A DNA stretch of 64,000 bases from Takakia lepidozioides (Eukaryota > Plantae > Bryophyta). Position 1 is the stretch's first letter. Every line of letters begins with the position of its first letter. The notes beneath the pieces are model-generated. The model was not told where the DNA came from. It saw nothing but the letters and a program-made list of their open reading frames with translations, and did not search any database. Location: contig CM060731.1 of NCBI GenBank assembly GCA_030704615.1, positions 3,658,001-3,722,000 of the forward strand, written 5' to 3'. This document shows positions 11,584 to 24,312 of the stretch, piece after piece. Position numbers and translations under genes: made by a program.

Positions 11584-14500
11584 ATGGCAGCTGTTGTTGC
11601 GATGGGTTCTTCTACCTACTTAGGTTCCAGCACTCCCGGGATTACTTTTGGGCGTGCTCTTGTACAAGCTCAGGGCAGCAGGTTAGTGGTGGGTTGCTCT
11701 CTGTCTTCTCCGCCGGAGGTGCAGTCGGCGGGATTCCGTGCTGGGGGATTGAATCTGGAGAGTGGTGGAGTGAGGAGAGAGAGTGTCAGTCACGCTGCGC
11801 AGCTGTGGCGGGACAGAGGAAACCGGGGTGCGTCCATTGTATGCCAGTGTGTGGCGCCTCTGACGCAAGCAGACGGAAATGTAACGGAGGTTGAGGACCG
11901 TGAGTCTCTTTCTCTCCCTTTCTCTCTCTCTATCTCCCTTCCTCTCAAGCCTTCCCACAAGAAGCAGTGAATTACCAAGCTGTTACTTATTCAAAGTGCT
12001 CTTGGAGGATTTTATTGAATGTCCAGTGGATTTTGTAGTCTATGTTTCTAATGGCTCCCCATTCTGTTTCTATTTGAATTTGGCGAAGTCATGCAGAAAT
12101 AAATCATGCTTCCTGTTTATCCAATTTTTCTTCCGTGCATTCTTGTTAGGGATAAGCCTGTTCCAGAGGCTACTTGCTAGTCTGCAGCTCATTGCTCTTC
12201 CGAGTGTTATTTCCTCTGAACACAAAATCTGTGAGTGGGTGATAGACCTTAGCGTTGGTTAACAGAATGGTGAAATTCGTAGGACAAAGGATGCTAATAT
12301 GGACGGCTGGACAAATGCACATGTTAGGTTTTCTGTACATCTTCACAGGCCCTATGCTCTACATATGGATATATAACAAATTGTACAGGATTACAGCTAT
12401 TTTTATTTGTCTTTTCAGCTAATTCAATTTCTATCTATCTCTGTGGGACATAATTGTGGGACTCTTGGGTTCTCTTCATGATGGGGGAAAGTAATTTGTC
12501 CCTTTGGAACACTTACAATTACCTCAGATTTTGTGGAGTTCCTGCATCATCCTCACTTTGAAAACCGAATCATCATATCATTGGCAGTGTGATTTCGACA
12601 TACGGAGAAGTTGATCCAGCCTGTTCAAGTTTGATCTGCTGCAAGTAAACAAGAAAATTACGTAGTTTGTTCGGGTATCATCATATGTTGCTGACATGAC
12701 GAGTCAAACTAGATTCAATGCGATCAGCCTTGTGTTAGCTGAGGCACAGCGGTGCGGGATCTTGCCTCTTGCAACAAAAAAGGGCAATTCACCAGTCTGG
12801 GTTTTGGTCACCCAGTTAGTGGACAAAGTCTAATCTGTTCTCGTGCAATCAATGCATAAACTATCCAACCCTTTAAATTTCCTGGATACTAGTTCAATCC
12901 ATATGGAGGTTGACAAGTGCGATCAAATTAGACAAGTCTAATTGTGTCAGGTGATGAGAGATCAGGAGGTCAAAGCTTGTCAGGGTGCTTGCATCTGGTC
13001 TAAACATCTAAATTCTTGGTAGACAAGCCCTAATGTTTCCGATTTCAGCTTTAGTGCTAAGCCTGGGTAAATGATGGGGACAGTGTCCTCCAAAAGGGTT
13101 CACACCTGCTGAAGCGAAGGGCTACTTCCGTTGGAAAGGTGGACACCTTCGTAATGGCCGGGGCAATGCGGTTGTCTCCCCCAAGGATTTGAAAGTCCCC
13201 ACACAGTAGGTGTCCGGTTGACAAAGTAACCCCTCTTTTATAACTGGGTTGGCCATGATGGGTGGCATCCTACATACACCTATGTGGCCTTGAACCCACG
13301 ACCACTTTTAAGGCAGCCTTGTGCCCTAACCACTGGGCTCTCTGTGGATGCTTGCAGTCCTTATTCAGAAACCATCCATAGCCTCATCTGTAATTTCAAA
13401 CAGTCCCCTTCTTGGATTATGTCTCGTGGTTTCTTTACCTGGCCCACAACTCAGGCCCCTCTCTTTTAGCTCAGAATTGTAGTTTCAAATGTGATGGAAG
13501 GGATCCGTTTGGAGAGGTCAAGGTCGTGAGGGTGATCGGCTAGTTCAAAGGATTAAATACTTCATGGTTTATCAGGCCCTTCTCCTTTTTTTTGAAACAG
13601 CGGAGGCATTTGATCAAATTCTTCAAGAAGCTGGTGATAAACTGGTATGGTCTTCACCAACGATCTCTTTTATTCTCTCATATTTTTATTCCAAACAGTT
13701 GCTTGCCACAGTCAGGGACCTGCACAGATGGACATGACACAGGAGATGATGAATGCATGTTGATGTGTCTTCACTTTTCGAGACATCTTTGAGATATTTC
13801 TTTGAGGACACGTTAGCAGTCATAGTTTGCGGTCTTCCATAGAAAAAGAGAATATGAACCAGTCTCTACTACTTCATAATAAGGGAGTACGCGTAGTCAA
13901 CTGTATTAGATGGATTCATTGGCTTTTTTCTCTCTTTGGTCTCAGGCTGTATCTCAGTAGTGGTCACTTGCCTGGTCACTGGGTTCAGAACATGCTGCCA
14001 GAATTTGCCACCCTTGGAAGAACAGACACGGTATTATTCCTTGTTTAGGGCTGAGGTTGCTTCAACCTGAACAGTGATATGTACAGGTGTTCCTTGAATA
14101 AGAGCATGATGAGCAGAGAGACTTGTATGCATTTACAAGTTGGAGTCTAATAGATATCTATTACAGCAAGGCATAAGACTTCTATGCATGGCATTCTCTT
14201 ACTGCTTTAGAACTGTCACTTGTCTGACAGTTCCCATGTTGTCACAATCCACTTTTGGAGGCAGGGAAAATTTGGCTTTTTGTGATGATCCAAAGGGTAC
14301 GACAGCCCAACATTAGTGATTTGACATGCTGTAACTACTCTTCATCATTCCTTCGTGTGAAGGAACTTTAGTCAGTCTTGGTGTATTTTAATCGTGATGT
14401 ACAGGTTGTTGTCGACGTCTCAACCACAACATGTGGACCTTGCAAGATGATTTTCCCGAAGCTGGTGAAGATGAGTATCGAGTACCCTGATGTTGTGTTT

Positions 14501-15207
14501 CTCAAGATCAATGGTGACAAAAACAACGAAACCAGGGCAAGTACCACTGCCAAGAATGTTGATTTTCTGCTATGCATGTCAAGAATCCAAAACTAATGAA
14601 GCTAAGAAAAACCTTGAAGTTTTGCCAACATTCATTGGCTGTAGTATGTGAGTAATCTTTCAGAGGAACTTCAGACAGCATTGAATTCCTGGTGGATGAT
14701 TGGGGGACGACATCTAAACTCTCCGACAGATTGTCCCTGGATGGCCCAGTGAAGTGATTGCCATGGGGCTTCATTCCCTCCCCGTAGTTTTTCTAAAGAG
14801 TGAGGTGCAACAAGTTCTGGTGTAGGCATAACAGATTTCACTTCAAGCCCACCACATGTGTACACTCTTCTTCCATGTTACCTGATCTACCTGGTATTGC
14901 AGTTGCCAGCTGCCCCTCTCCCTTCTCCATCACTCTGAGGTGTTGCTCTGAATGTCCCCTTTTGCCTTCTGTATTTCATTTTGCCCATCACCATGGTATT
15001 TGGCTGATGAGAGATTGAGCCGACAATTCTGAGGTGAGGGGTGGGGGGGGGAAACTGCAGACGTTGATGAGAAAATGGGGTGTTAGAGCAGTCCCCAACT
15101 TCCGATTTTTTCGAAATGGCGAGCTGATTCACTCACATACAGGAGCCAAAGTGGATGAGCTCCGCGCCCATTTCTTAACCCATTATGCAGCAACTGTCAA
15201 GGCGTAA
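11584..15207 (+). CDS. Plastid-targeted thioredoxin (Trx-f/CDSP32-related) with TCGPC active site, 4 exons
   Basis: Exons 11584-11899, 13601-13644, 14405-14536 (GC donor) and 15061-15207. A Ser/Ala/Arg-rich transit-like N-terminus precedes VTEVEDPEAFDQILQEAGDKLVVVDVSTTTCGPCKMIFPKLVKMSIEYPDVVFLKINGDKNNETRTLMRKWGVRAVPNFRFFRNGELIHSHTGAKVDELRAHF, a complete Trx fold with the cis-Pro VP motif. Confidence 0.88.
13050..13345 (-). mobile_element. Putative tRNA-derived SINE in thioredoxin intron 1
   Basis: Minus strand has an A-box-like AGCCCAGTGG and a B-box-like GGTTCAAGGCC (13286-13340) with tRNA-like spacing, followed by a GC-richer body. The 3' boundary is approximate. Confidence 0.45.
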
Positions 15208-16977
15208 ATACAACATGTATGTCTTTCTTTCTTGTGGCTTAAATGCATCATCCACGGTGATATGTACATGACCCTCACCATGATTGATTAAAAAATTTAA
15301 CAAGAGATGCCTTTAGATGCCTGATCCATTTCTGGAATCAAAGATGCTAGTAGAAAGGTGAAGATGGGCGTTACCCAATTGGGAAGGTGGCCCTCCTTAA
15401 ATTAGCTCTGTCGTTGCAACTTCTATTCTTTGGTCCCTTTGAAGGCTGTATTCCCCATTTACAAATGAGGATGCCATAAGCGGCTATTTCAGCATTTTCT
15501 CTAGACATGGCTTTCTTTCTTGCACTTCACTCATATACAGCATGTGCTAACATACCTTTAAACCTCACCGTCTCCCTGTCTACTATACAAAAGGTGCATG
15601 CTTTTATTCATTCTACCCCTGAAAGATACATAACTAGCATGTGTCGTATGGGTCGATCCAACTTTGTCATGGAAAGTGAATGTTGCAAGACGAGGTACAA
15701 GGTGTAATCTTAATTGTTATGTGTTACAAACACTGGATACAGGAATGAATTCACTAGATATGGTGTTTGCTTTGTGAGAGTCCAAGATAGCCTCCCCTCT
15801 AGGATCGGCCTGGATTCTACTGTCCAAATGTGAAGGGAGGTTTTCCTATCAACTCCATGTAACGGACATCTTGGTGAAATGGAGTTGGGAGTATGTACTA
15901 TGTACTCCAGTATCTAATGGTTGTATCTCAACAACAGTATGAGGGGCCACCTCATGGCATAGCACACAACGTTCCCACAAGTAACAGGAGAACTTACATA
16001 TGAATTGCATGGGGAATTAGTTCACTGCTCATGGATGGTAGATCACTCATAATCGGGGTTCAGGTTCCTATGACATAATCGTGTCCTTTGGTAAGAATGG
16101 TTCCTTGCTTGCTTTGGAATTGACCCACAATGAATGCGTGTGTTGTTGACCTTCTCTTCCACAATGATTTATCCTAAAACCGGAGGTTCCTGGAGCCCTT
16201 CTGTGAACTCCCGAACTGCTATATTTCTGTCCAAGTCTTTAGGAACGGATTAGGAATGGATTGCAGATTAGCGACTCCACACTTTCTCAACCGAAGGGAT
16301 CATCATTTTAGAAGAAAAGATGTGGGCTAGCAGCACCTGCAAGCTATAGAGATGAGCCAGTATCAACTGGACGACAGTCAGATGTGAACTTATGCCATGA
16401 CCTCCTGATTATAAGCTGACAGCCTTCCCAGAGTCTGAAATCATATTGCAAACCACCACTTTGGATGCTTCATGACTTAGGAAGGAACACACAGCCTGGA
16501 GATAAAACTTGGACAACAGGAGCCTATTAGGATGTTCCCTCTCTTGCATGCATACTGAGGATAGACATTGTCAGGCAATGATTTCATCTTCCTGCATATC
16601 CTGAACTGTCATAGTCTCTTCACTCTCCAACAAATTCTGGAAAGATATTGTGAATTACATCTTGTCAATACCTGCACTGCCCCTACAGAATCAAATTTAT
16701 CTCAAGTAGGTAGTTAATCTGCCAGTTTGGAAACTGAGCCAACGGTGTCTTTCACAACCCTCGACCAACTAGCCGTTGTTATAACTAGTTTTGCTTAAAC
16801 AAGGATAATCCCCTCAAACCTTAGTACTCTTTCCAAGCACCCATGCCAGCACTGAATACTAGGCGGATCACTGGGTCAGTCTTCTGCCCACAACACACGA
16901 GTTGCATGAAGCTCTCGAGGCATAATGCTTCGCACAACTGTATGATGCACTATGCAGAGTGATTGTAGTAAATCATG

Positions 16978-17964
16978 GGCAACCCTTTACTGGTCTTTAC
17001 TGGTTTTTACTGGTCTCATTTCCTTTCCCTTTTTCTCTATCTTCGCAGCGCGTAGGCGCTCACACGCGGCGCCCCGCCGCCACCCCACCATGTCCTCGTC
17101 CAAACGTCCAAACGTCAAAGGACGGTCGACGAGGATGGAGACTTCTCACCACATCCGGGAGGGTCTCATTTGCATCTCCTTCCTATCCCGGCCTCTCTTA
17201 TTCAAATCCTTCATGATCGTTACTATCCTGCAAACTCGATGCATTTCTGAGGGGGCCATGCAGCAATTACTCGCAGGCCGAGATAAGGTCCTAGAAAAGT
17301 TGACCTTGGAGAAGCTGCTTACATACCGAGACATGGACTTGGAGAAGCGGCTTGTAGACCGACACAAGGACTTGGAGAAGAAGTCGCCGGCAACCCCAGA
17401 CAAAGCCTTGAAGAATATGCGAGCTAAGGCCACCATCTTGTGGGCCTCTCTTGTGGAGAGCAATAGCAAAGTGGAAGGTATGTTGGAAGGTAGCTCAATG
17501 CGTGTGAAAGCAACAAACGAACGTCTTTCAGCACTGGAGGGAGAAGTGAGGGTCTCTCACAGAGAGAGACATTTCAGGTCCCCACACGGCAAGTATTCAC
17601 CGGCAGGTGGAAACCCTTAGTAAAGAGCTCAAAACCCACAGGGCTGCAACGTCTACAATGGCCCTAGAGCTCCAAGATCATAAGGCAGAGGCTTCCTCTT
17701 GGGAGAGGACAAAGGCTCTGACTTCTCCAAGTCCTTGTGTCTTGTCGGTCTCCAAGCGGGCAGCGAGCAATTGGTACAATGCCTCCTCAGAAATCATTGA
17801 GTTTGTAGGATAGTAATTTGAAAGATAGTAACTTGATCGTTGTCGACCCTTCCTTTGACGTTTGGACGAGGACATGGGGTGGAGGCGGCGCCAAGAGAGA
17901 GGAGAAAGCAAAGAAAGAAAAAGGGAAAGGAAATGAGACCAGGAAAGACCAGTAAAGGGTTGCC
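16978..17964. repeat. Inverted repeat made of two convergent copies of a retroelement-like 5' end (LINE 5'UTR/ORF1-like)
   Basis: Arm 16978-17380 (+) and arm 17722-17964 (-) share GGCAACCCTTTACTGGTCTTT..CTGGTCTCATTTCCTTTCCC..CCATGTCCTCGTCCAAACGTC..TTACTATCCT.CAAACTC.ATG..TTTCTGAGG..GACACAAGGACTTGGAGAAG. Both encode MSSSKR. The + arm runs into a coiled-coil-like ORF (16952-17620). Confidence 0.75.
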
Positions 17965-20465
17965 TAGTATGACATCAGAAACATTGACAATGACAGTCAT
18001 GTGGATTGGCATAGGCATTAAAGCCCTTCCAGACCTGTGCAACAAACTGCGGGCAGAGACACAGTGAGCACTGGGAAAGTGGGAAACAGAAAAGACACTC
18101 GGAGATCAGCCCTGATGCTGGCCCTTCCAAGTGCCTCAAGTCAGTACCCAGCAAGGCCCCTGTTGTGTCTGATGCCCCTGATGCTGAGGAGACCAGATTT
18201 GTCGCCGATTGCAAACAAGGGTGAGTGTCTGGAAAGCAAACCCTTTGGTAATTTCATTAGATTATACCATTGTCTCGTAAATGTAACCACTAGATGAGTG
18301 ATTATGGGAGCCTTTGGTACATTAATAACAGACTCAGTGCTAGCCCTCAGCCCAGTAGCCAAGTCAAAGACCTGTACAATATCGAGTTATCATTCCTTGT
18401 ATGAGAACACTTGTGGGCAAGGTCAAATCTCTTACAATCTGTGTGGTTGCAGAAACCAGACACACACAAAGGGAGGTTCTGGTTTAGTGAAGATTCAGTG
18501 AGGGACTTGGCCACCAGATATTGGCATCCACACAGAACAATGAATTGGTGCCGTGTCTCATTGGCATTCTAAATGCTCTCTGAGTGAGTGCATGTTTCAG
18601 TTGTTTGGTTACTATGATGAGATTGCTAATGATAGACTGATATTTGCTTGTATTTCCTGTTGTGTTGTTCATCACTGGAACTAAGAAACAAACACTCACT
18701 TCCACATAGCTGGCAGTGTAGGGAACTCTTGTCAAACAGTAAATATTGCGATGAAGAGGTGAGTGCAGCTTTACTCCAAGAGTTTTAAGTCTAGATGCAG
18801 TCGAGGCAAATATTCAAGCATAATGACAAGCACAAACAAAGTTCTAGAGTTTAGATTGTGCATAACCATGTGTAGCTCGTATGATGTCAGGAGACCTTCT
18901 GGTGAGTTCACTGCAAAATGACATCAAACTAGCAGTATGAAGTTAGTGGTACTTTTGGATACAGATCCTAAGTGCTTTGGCTAAAGGGCTCCCACAAGCT
19001 TGTACTTTGAATGAATGATTGCTCCCATAGGAGCTGAAGGTAGCTTGTAGCATTGAAGCAAAAAGAATTGAGAAAAAAGTTTGACCTAAAGGTGCTCAAG
19101 TCAGAAGAACAAAAGGACAGGTGCACCTCAGTCTTCCGGAGAGGAAAAGTGGAGACATAAATAAGTTGCAAATAGGGGAGTGGGTACAAAAACAGAAGCT
19201 GAGCCCCAGTAACTCTGTCCCTTTTGATGCTTTGTGACTTTGTGAAAGGCCTGCCATAACTGAGCAGGCCAGGCAATCATGTTCCATAGCAAAGCAGTTG
19301 AGTCTCTTACCATAATCAAGCCGAGAAGGGGATCTCATTTGCAAAGTAGTTTACTGCAAGTGTCAACTGGGCTGTAAATAACTTAGCTGGGCTATAGGTC
19401 AATGCAGCATATCTCTGATGGGGTGAGCTCCGCTTGTCCACACAGCCCATATCTTGTGTGCCACAGAAGTTCGCGGGAAAGAGAGAGGGAGGGGAGGTAG
19501 GAACAGATCCTTTCAGGCTAGTGTTGCCATTCGCCAAGGCCTCCCCTCCAGCAGCTGGTCAAAGAGTTTTCACCCTCCAATTTACATCCTGGTAATAAAT
19601 GGCTATTGGTGCTTGATTATAGAAAATTGTGTGAGGCAACAACATCCCGATGGTCTCTCTGAATTTCATCAGACCAGTAGCATATGTGTGATTTACTTCT
19701 CTTTTCTCACAGGATTTCAACCGTAAATCTAATCTAGCTGTGCCTCTAAGACGGGCAATATCGTTGGTACTGTCAGGTCCACTCTCAATGGCACTCATGC
19801 ACACAACGAAAGAGTTGTAGAGAGGAGAGAGGGGGTCTACCTGGAATGGCTGTAACCATGTATACCATTCCGTGTTGAGAAAAGCCACTCCAAACTGAGG
19901 AAACATGGGACAAATAGGCTACTATTTGCTGGCTCTCTGGTCACTTCAGGGATGTATGTCGGTAACTGGATCTGTGCGGCAACCTGCTCGCGTCTACAAG
20001 CAACAAACTTCACAGGGAACTAAGAGTAACCTTGGGCCAATCTGGGAGGGATAAAAAGAGTACAGCTATTAAAATGCCATGAGGTACACACCACTCCAGC
20101 ACCGATGAATGCCCTGCTCATTGGTTTGCATATGTTGCTTGCATGAGGCATACTATAGAGTAAATAGCAGTCTGCATAGTATCCACTGGGTCACACCCCT
20201 TCCCTCAAACACGTGTACCCACCTGCTTGAATCACTCTAATACACTATTAGAACACGACACGTTCTGTCTTAGTACAAAACTTGGACTACCACACACCAA
20301 GCCGACTATGGTCAGATTTTCCTCGGTACATTGCTGAATCTGTCGGGCAATCTGACTTCAGAAAACAATTGTTTCCTATAGCAATTTGCAGATGAGTGTG
20401 GCAACTCACTGACATATAGCCCACCAGCTAGTGGGAATTGTGAGAGCAAGAAGGCTGGTAGAACC

Positions 20466-22478
20466 TCACAATGCCATGGCCACATCGGGCAGAGGACGAG
20501 CCAGATCTTGGTGGCTCTTGACAACAAGCTTAGAGGATCCACTTTCATTGCTTTCATGATTTTTCGTGGAGTTAGTTGCTTTCAGATGCCACCGCTTAGA
20601 AGTCTTCATGACTTCATCTTTGACCTCCTCATTCCCAGAGCCTGCCGATGCCCTGCTGATTTTAATCTTCCCTCCCTCGCCAGACCCAGCTTTGGCATGC
20701 GTACTTCCAGAAGAGGGACCATTGTGCGCAGCCCTACTAGGCTTGGCACTCCGCCCTCGGCAAGAGTCTGATAAAACCCCATTCTCGCTCTTCAACTCCT
20801 CCCTCTCATTGTGCTCTGTCACCAATTCACTGAGCACATCATCACCCCGATTAATCACAGAGCAGGCAAAAACTTTAGCAATCCCAGCACCCTCCAATTT
20901 ATCATTACCATTCAGCTTTGCTCCAGTGCTGTTTTTCTCGCCAGGCATCTTCTTGACAGTTAATTTTCTGCCATTCACCTTCTTGGTGTCAACACCAGCA
21001 TTGTCGTCAGTGCCATCAGCAGACTTGGGATGCACACCCCCACCACTGTTTTTATATTCATGTTTGCTGCGTGCCACTGGAGATGCTGATCCTTCATTTT
21101 CTACTCCCACAATGCTACTACGCCTGGAAGCTGTTAGCTTAGGGGACTTTGCTCGCGTAGGTGGGATCTTTTTCATTTCAACCTTTGGGGGTGGAGCTTC
21201 TTGGTAGAAGCTTGGCATGGGCGTCGCCTTGAACGTCAGACTCCTGCGCAGCTGTCTCATCTCTGCATCCATGTCCTCTTGTGTCTTGGCTTGTATCTGG
21301 GTCTTCTCTGCCTCCTTTGCTTTGAGTCTCTCTTCCAGCTTTGAGTAATATTCCCTTCGTTTCTCAGCTCGCTCGTCGCATTTAAAGTTGAAGCCTATAC
21401 TGGAAAGGGCCTGATTGGTCCTGATTTTCAAACCAGGATCTAACATCAACCCATGATCCTCCTCCAGCTTTGCCTCTCCTTCTTTGTCTAGTGCCTCAAT
21501 GGCATCTCCATTTTGCTTTGTGGCTTCGGATGGCAAGGCCTTGATACCTGCAGATGCCTTCACCGACTTGACAGACACCTTCTTTGACGCTCCGCGTGCT
21601 GCACCTCCACCGTTGCGGAGCGACTTAGACCCATCAACATCTGCTGGACGACCACCAAGTGAGGCCCTCTTTTCCGTTGCCAAAGCAAATGGCTGTGGGA
21701 CCGTGAGCTTTGAACGAGATGCTGCTCCACTGGACGAGCGAGAGAGTGACACCCCTCCGGGCTGGGATGCACACTCCACAGAATCCAAAGGCTCTTCTCC
21801 AGCATATCTCCTTCCTTTCAGGAATCCTTCTGTGTCAACCTGTGACTGCACCTTCACCACAGCAGCTGGAGCAGAAGATGGACGCCCCTTGGAGACCTGA
21901 TGACCAACATGGGAGTATTTCTTGGTGAAACTTGTCCCCATGTTTACTGCCTTCCCCATCTTCATCCCTGTAGGTGCGCCATTTGCCTTCACACCTGAAT
22001 CCTGGGGATATTCTTGGTATGGATCTCCATTGGCTTCAAGAGGTTCAGAACTATCAACTTCTGTCCCCGTCCTATCGCCATCTCCATCCTCAAAGTCCTG
22101 GGCCAAACGCAGTAGTGTTTGAAGTGCACTTGCCTTTGTCCCTACTGCATTGTTGCGCTTTCCACCTTCCACTTTGCTAGCCACTTGAAAACTTTGCATC
22201 CCCGTTTCTTCTCCCAGTCCTTCAGTTATATAAGCACTAACCAAATCCTCCGAATTTGGCTCTTCCGAATGTGGAGAGAAATGGTTGCCCTCTCCCTCCC
22301 CCCTGCCGCCTGCTACTTCTTCATCAGCAGCCAATCCCTGCTCCGTTGTGGTCACCACATCCAGGGAATCAAACGAAGAAAAGTCTAAGGTTCGTGCTAC
22401 AGACATAGCCTCATTGTCAAAGAGAGTTGCCCCTGCATCCCCCATCTTTAATGCACTGCACAGTTGTCGCTCGTCCAT
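20466..22478 (-). CDS. WDL: WAVE-DAMPENED2-like (WDL) microtubule-associated protein with TPX2 C-terminal/KLEEK domain, single coding exon
   Basis: Uninterrupted ORF. The track start at 22652 is GTG and the first ATG is at 22478. Motifs [15 protein letters not shown] and [36 protein letters not shown]...[40 protein letters not shown]. Confidence 0.9.
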   Translation of the reverse strand: MDERQLCSALKMGDAGATLFDNEAMSVARTLDFSSFDSLDVVTTTEQGLAADEEVAGGRGEGEGNHFSPHSEEPNSEDLVSAYITEGLGEETGMQSFQVASKVEGGKRNNAVGTKASALQTLLRLAQDFEDGDGDRTGTEVDSSEPLEANGDPYQEYPQDSGVKANGAPTGMKMGKAVNMGTSFTKKYSHVGHQVSKGRPSSAPAAVVKVQSQVDTEGFLKGRRYAGEEPLDSVECASQPGGVSLSRSSSGAASRSKLTVPQPFALATEKRASLGGRPADVDGSKSLRNGGGAARGASKKVSVKSVKASAGIKALPSEATKQNGDAIEALDKEGEAKLEEDHGLMLDPGLKIRTNQALSSIGFNFKCDERAEKRREYYSKLEERLKAKEAEKTQIQAKTQEDMDAEMRQLRRSLTFKATPMPSFYQEAPPPKVEMKKIPPTRAKSPKLTASRRSSIVGVENEGSASPVARSKHEYKNSGGGVHPKSADGTDDNAGVDTKKVNGRKLTVKKMPGEKNSTGAKLNGNDKLEGAGIAKVFACSVINRGDDVLSELVTEHNEREELKSENGVLSDSCRGRSAKPSRAAHNGPSSGSTHAKAGSGEGGKIKISRASAGSGNEEVKDEVMKTSKRWHLKATNSTKNHESNESGSSKLVVKSHQDLARPLPDVAMAL

Positions 22479-23171
22479 CAATGTGCCCCCGAAAATGCTT
22501 TCTGAAACAACTTTTATACAGCTCAGAAGTAGAAGACTTCCTTCTGAACTGGACCCGATCTTATCGAAGTCCTTCAGGGGACACACCACCTTCGGCCTAA
22601 GTTTAACCTTCCCTTCGCAATGCAAGCCTTGGAGTAACAAGCAAAACGACACTCCCTTGATTGATCTCCTTGCACTTTCCTAAAATGCCACGTGCAACCT
22701 ACGCCATATCAAGCACCCTGCTTCAGCTGTTTCACTGAAGTCGTCTCCCGCCTTCAAATCTCGTTACCGCTTCACCTGCGTGTCAAACCGATCTTCCTTA
22801 AAACGCTCTCTCTTCTTCAGGACGACTCTCCTATCACATCATTCCATCTCCTCTGAGAGGCAATGTGCGATTCCAGGTAGCCTCATCGCGTTATCTATCG
22901 CATTCAGGTCCTTTTACGCTACTTCCACCTCTCCCTCGATCTCCCGGATTGATCACCTCAACAATCCTAGTTCCTGACCACGGCCATTTCCATCAGCAAC
23001 CTCTATCTTAGTTCATTCTGTCCATCTCCATCCGCTGAAAACTGATCCAAGTCCCGAGTCGCTCTCCTACTCTAGATCCAACCAAGTTCCAGCGTGAAAA
23101 TCCCCTGTCTGCGAGTCAAAGCAATGCAGAATGCAGGCTCAAGAGACGGCCATCAACAATGCCTCCTTCTT

Positions 23172-23175
<4 letters not shown>

Positions 23176-23204
<29 letters not shown>
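23176..23204. repeat. (CT)n microsatellite upstream of the WDL gene
   Basis: Pure CT run. Confidence 0.9.
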
Positions 23205-23208
<4 letters not shown>

Positions 23209-23986
23209 TCCCTCTGACAAATTGGTGAGGCAAGGCCGCAGTCTGCCAAATGCTGAGCCACAGCCAGCCAGCTCCCCCAGAGCGCGCCCTATTCCCGCGG
23301 GAGGCCTGGCCCTATCACCCCGCCTAGTTGGCACGTGTCAAGTTTCATTCCGGCTGTCAGACAATGGAATGAATTTATAGGCTATATTGCCTAATTTGTG
23401 GGGGCGCGTTATCTGCAAACAATATGGGATATATCCACAACCACGCCCCGCAATTATTAAAGCTGTGGCCCGCCACATTTGCTTCAATCACGTTGCTCCC
23501 GACCAACGCTGTCAGAGTTCACGGATGAACTTCTGATTCTGTTCGTCGACCTGACTCGGGAACACGGAATAATCCACGGGAACGAGAGGGAAACGCGGGG
23601 AACTGGAGGGTGACGTCAAGAGCGTGACGTTCCCAGATTGTGTCCCACCAGTAATGAGTGCGCAAGGTTTGTCCGGTAATGCCATTATGACCGACTGCCA
23701 TATGTATCAGTATTTTGGCTTTTCTCTGCCCCCCATCATTTTTCTTGACCCCCTTTTGTGACCTCACCATTTGTAGGCACCAAACTACTAACATGGGATT
23801 TCAACATCGACGGGACGGACGGTCCAATTACATCTATTGTTTTCCCTCACAAATGGGTCGAGAGTTCCATTTTCTCTTCAAATAACCTTTATCGTGCTTT
23901 CAAAGTTGTTAGGGGACTCTTTGAAAAGAACCATCTTGTCAATCCATTTTTTTTAAATATGTAACATTTGTTTTTTTTTTTTTTAA

Positions 23987-24312
23987 TAGAGATAAAAGAT
24001 GAACCGATTAATGAGAACTCTCCACCATAGGACCACAACAAGCTCTCTGTCCACCCTCCAAGCTCTCGTCTAATCCAGAAATAGCTGAGGTAACTATAGC
24101 ATAACTCCATGCTTTTACTTAAATTATGTCCACTTGCTATTCTGGTACAATGACTTAAGTCACTAATAACTGAAGCTAACTTTAGCTATCTTTTAGCTGA
24201 GGGTTATATCTATTGTTAACTGTGACTTGTCAGCACTGCTATTATGGAAGCCTGACTTGTCATCATAGTAACTCTACGTAGTAGTAACTTGGTCAGGAGT
24301 TGATTTCCAACA
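23987..24312 (-). repeat. 3' LTR of the copia element (distally truncated)
   Basis: Begins TGTTGGAAATC on the minus strand right after the PPT. Segment 23987-24086 aligns with 28287-28407. Confidence 0.85.

Noticed and set aside
20508-22683. Long plus-strand ORFs (213, 138 and 132 aa)
   Set aside because: Antisense shadows of the WDL CDS.
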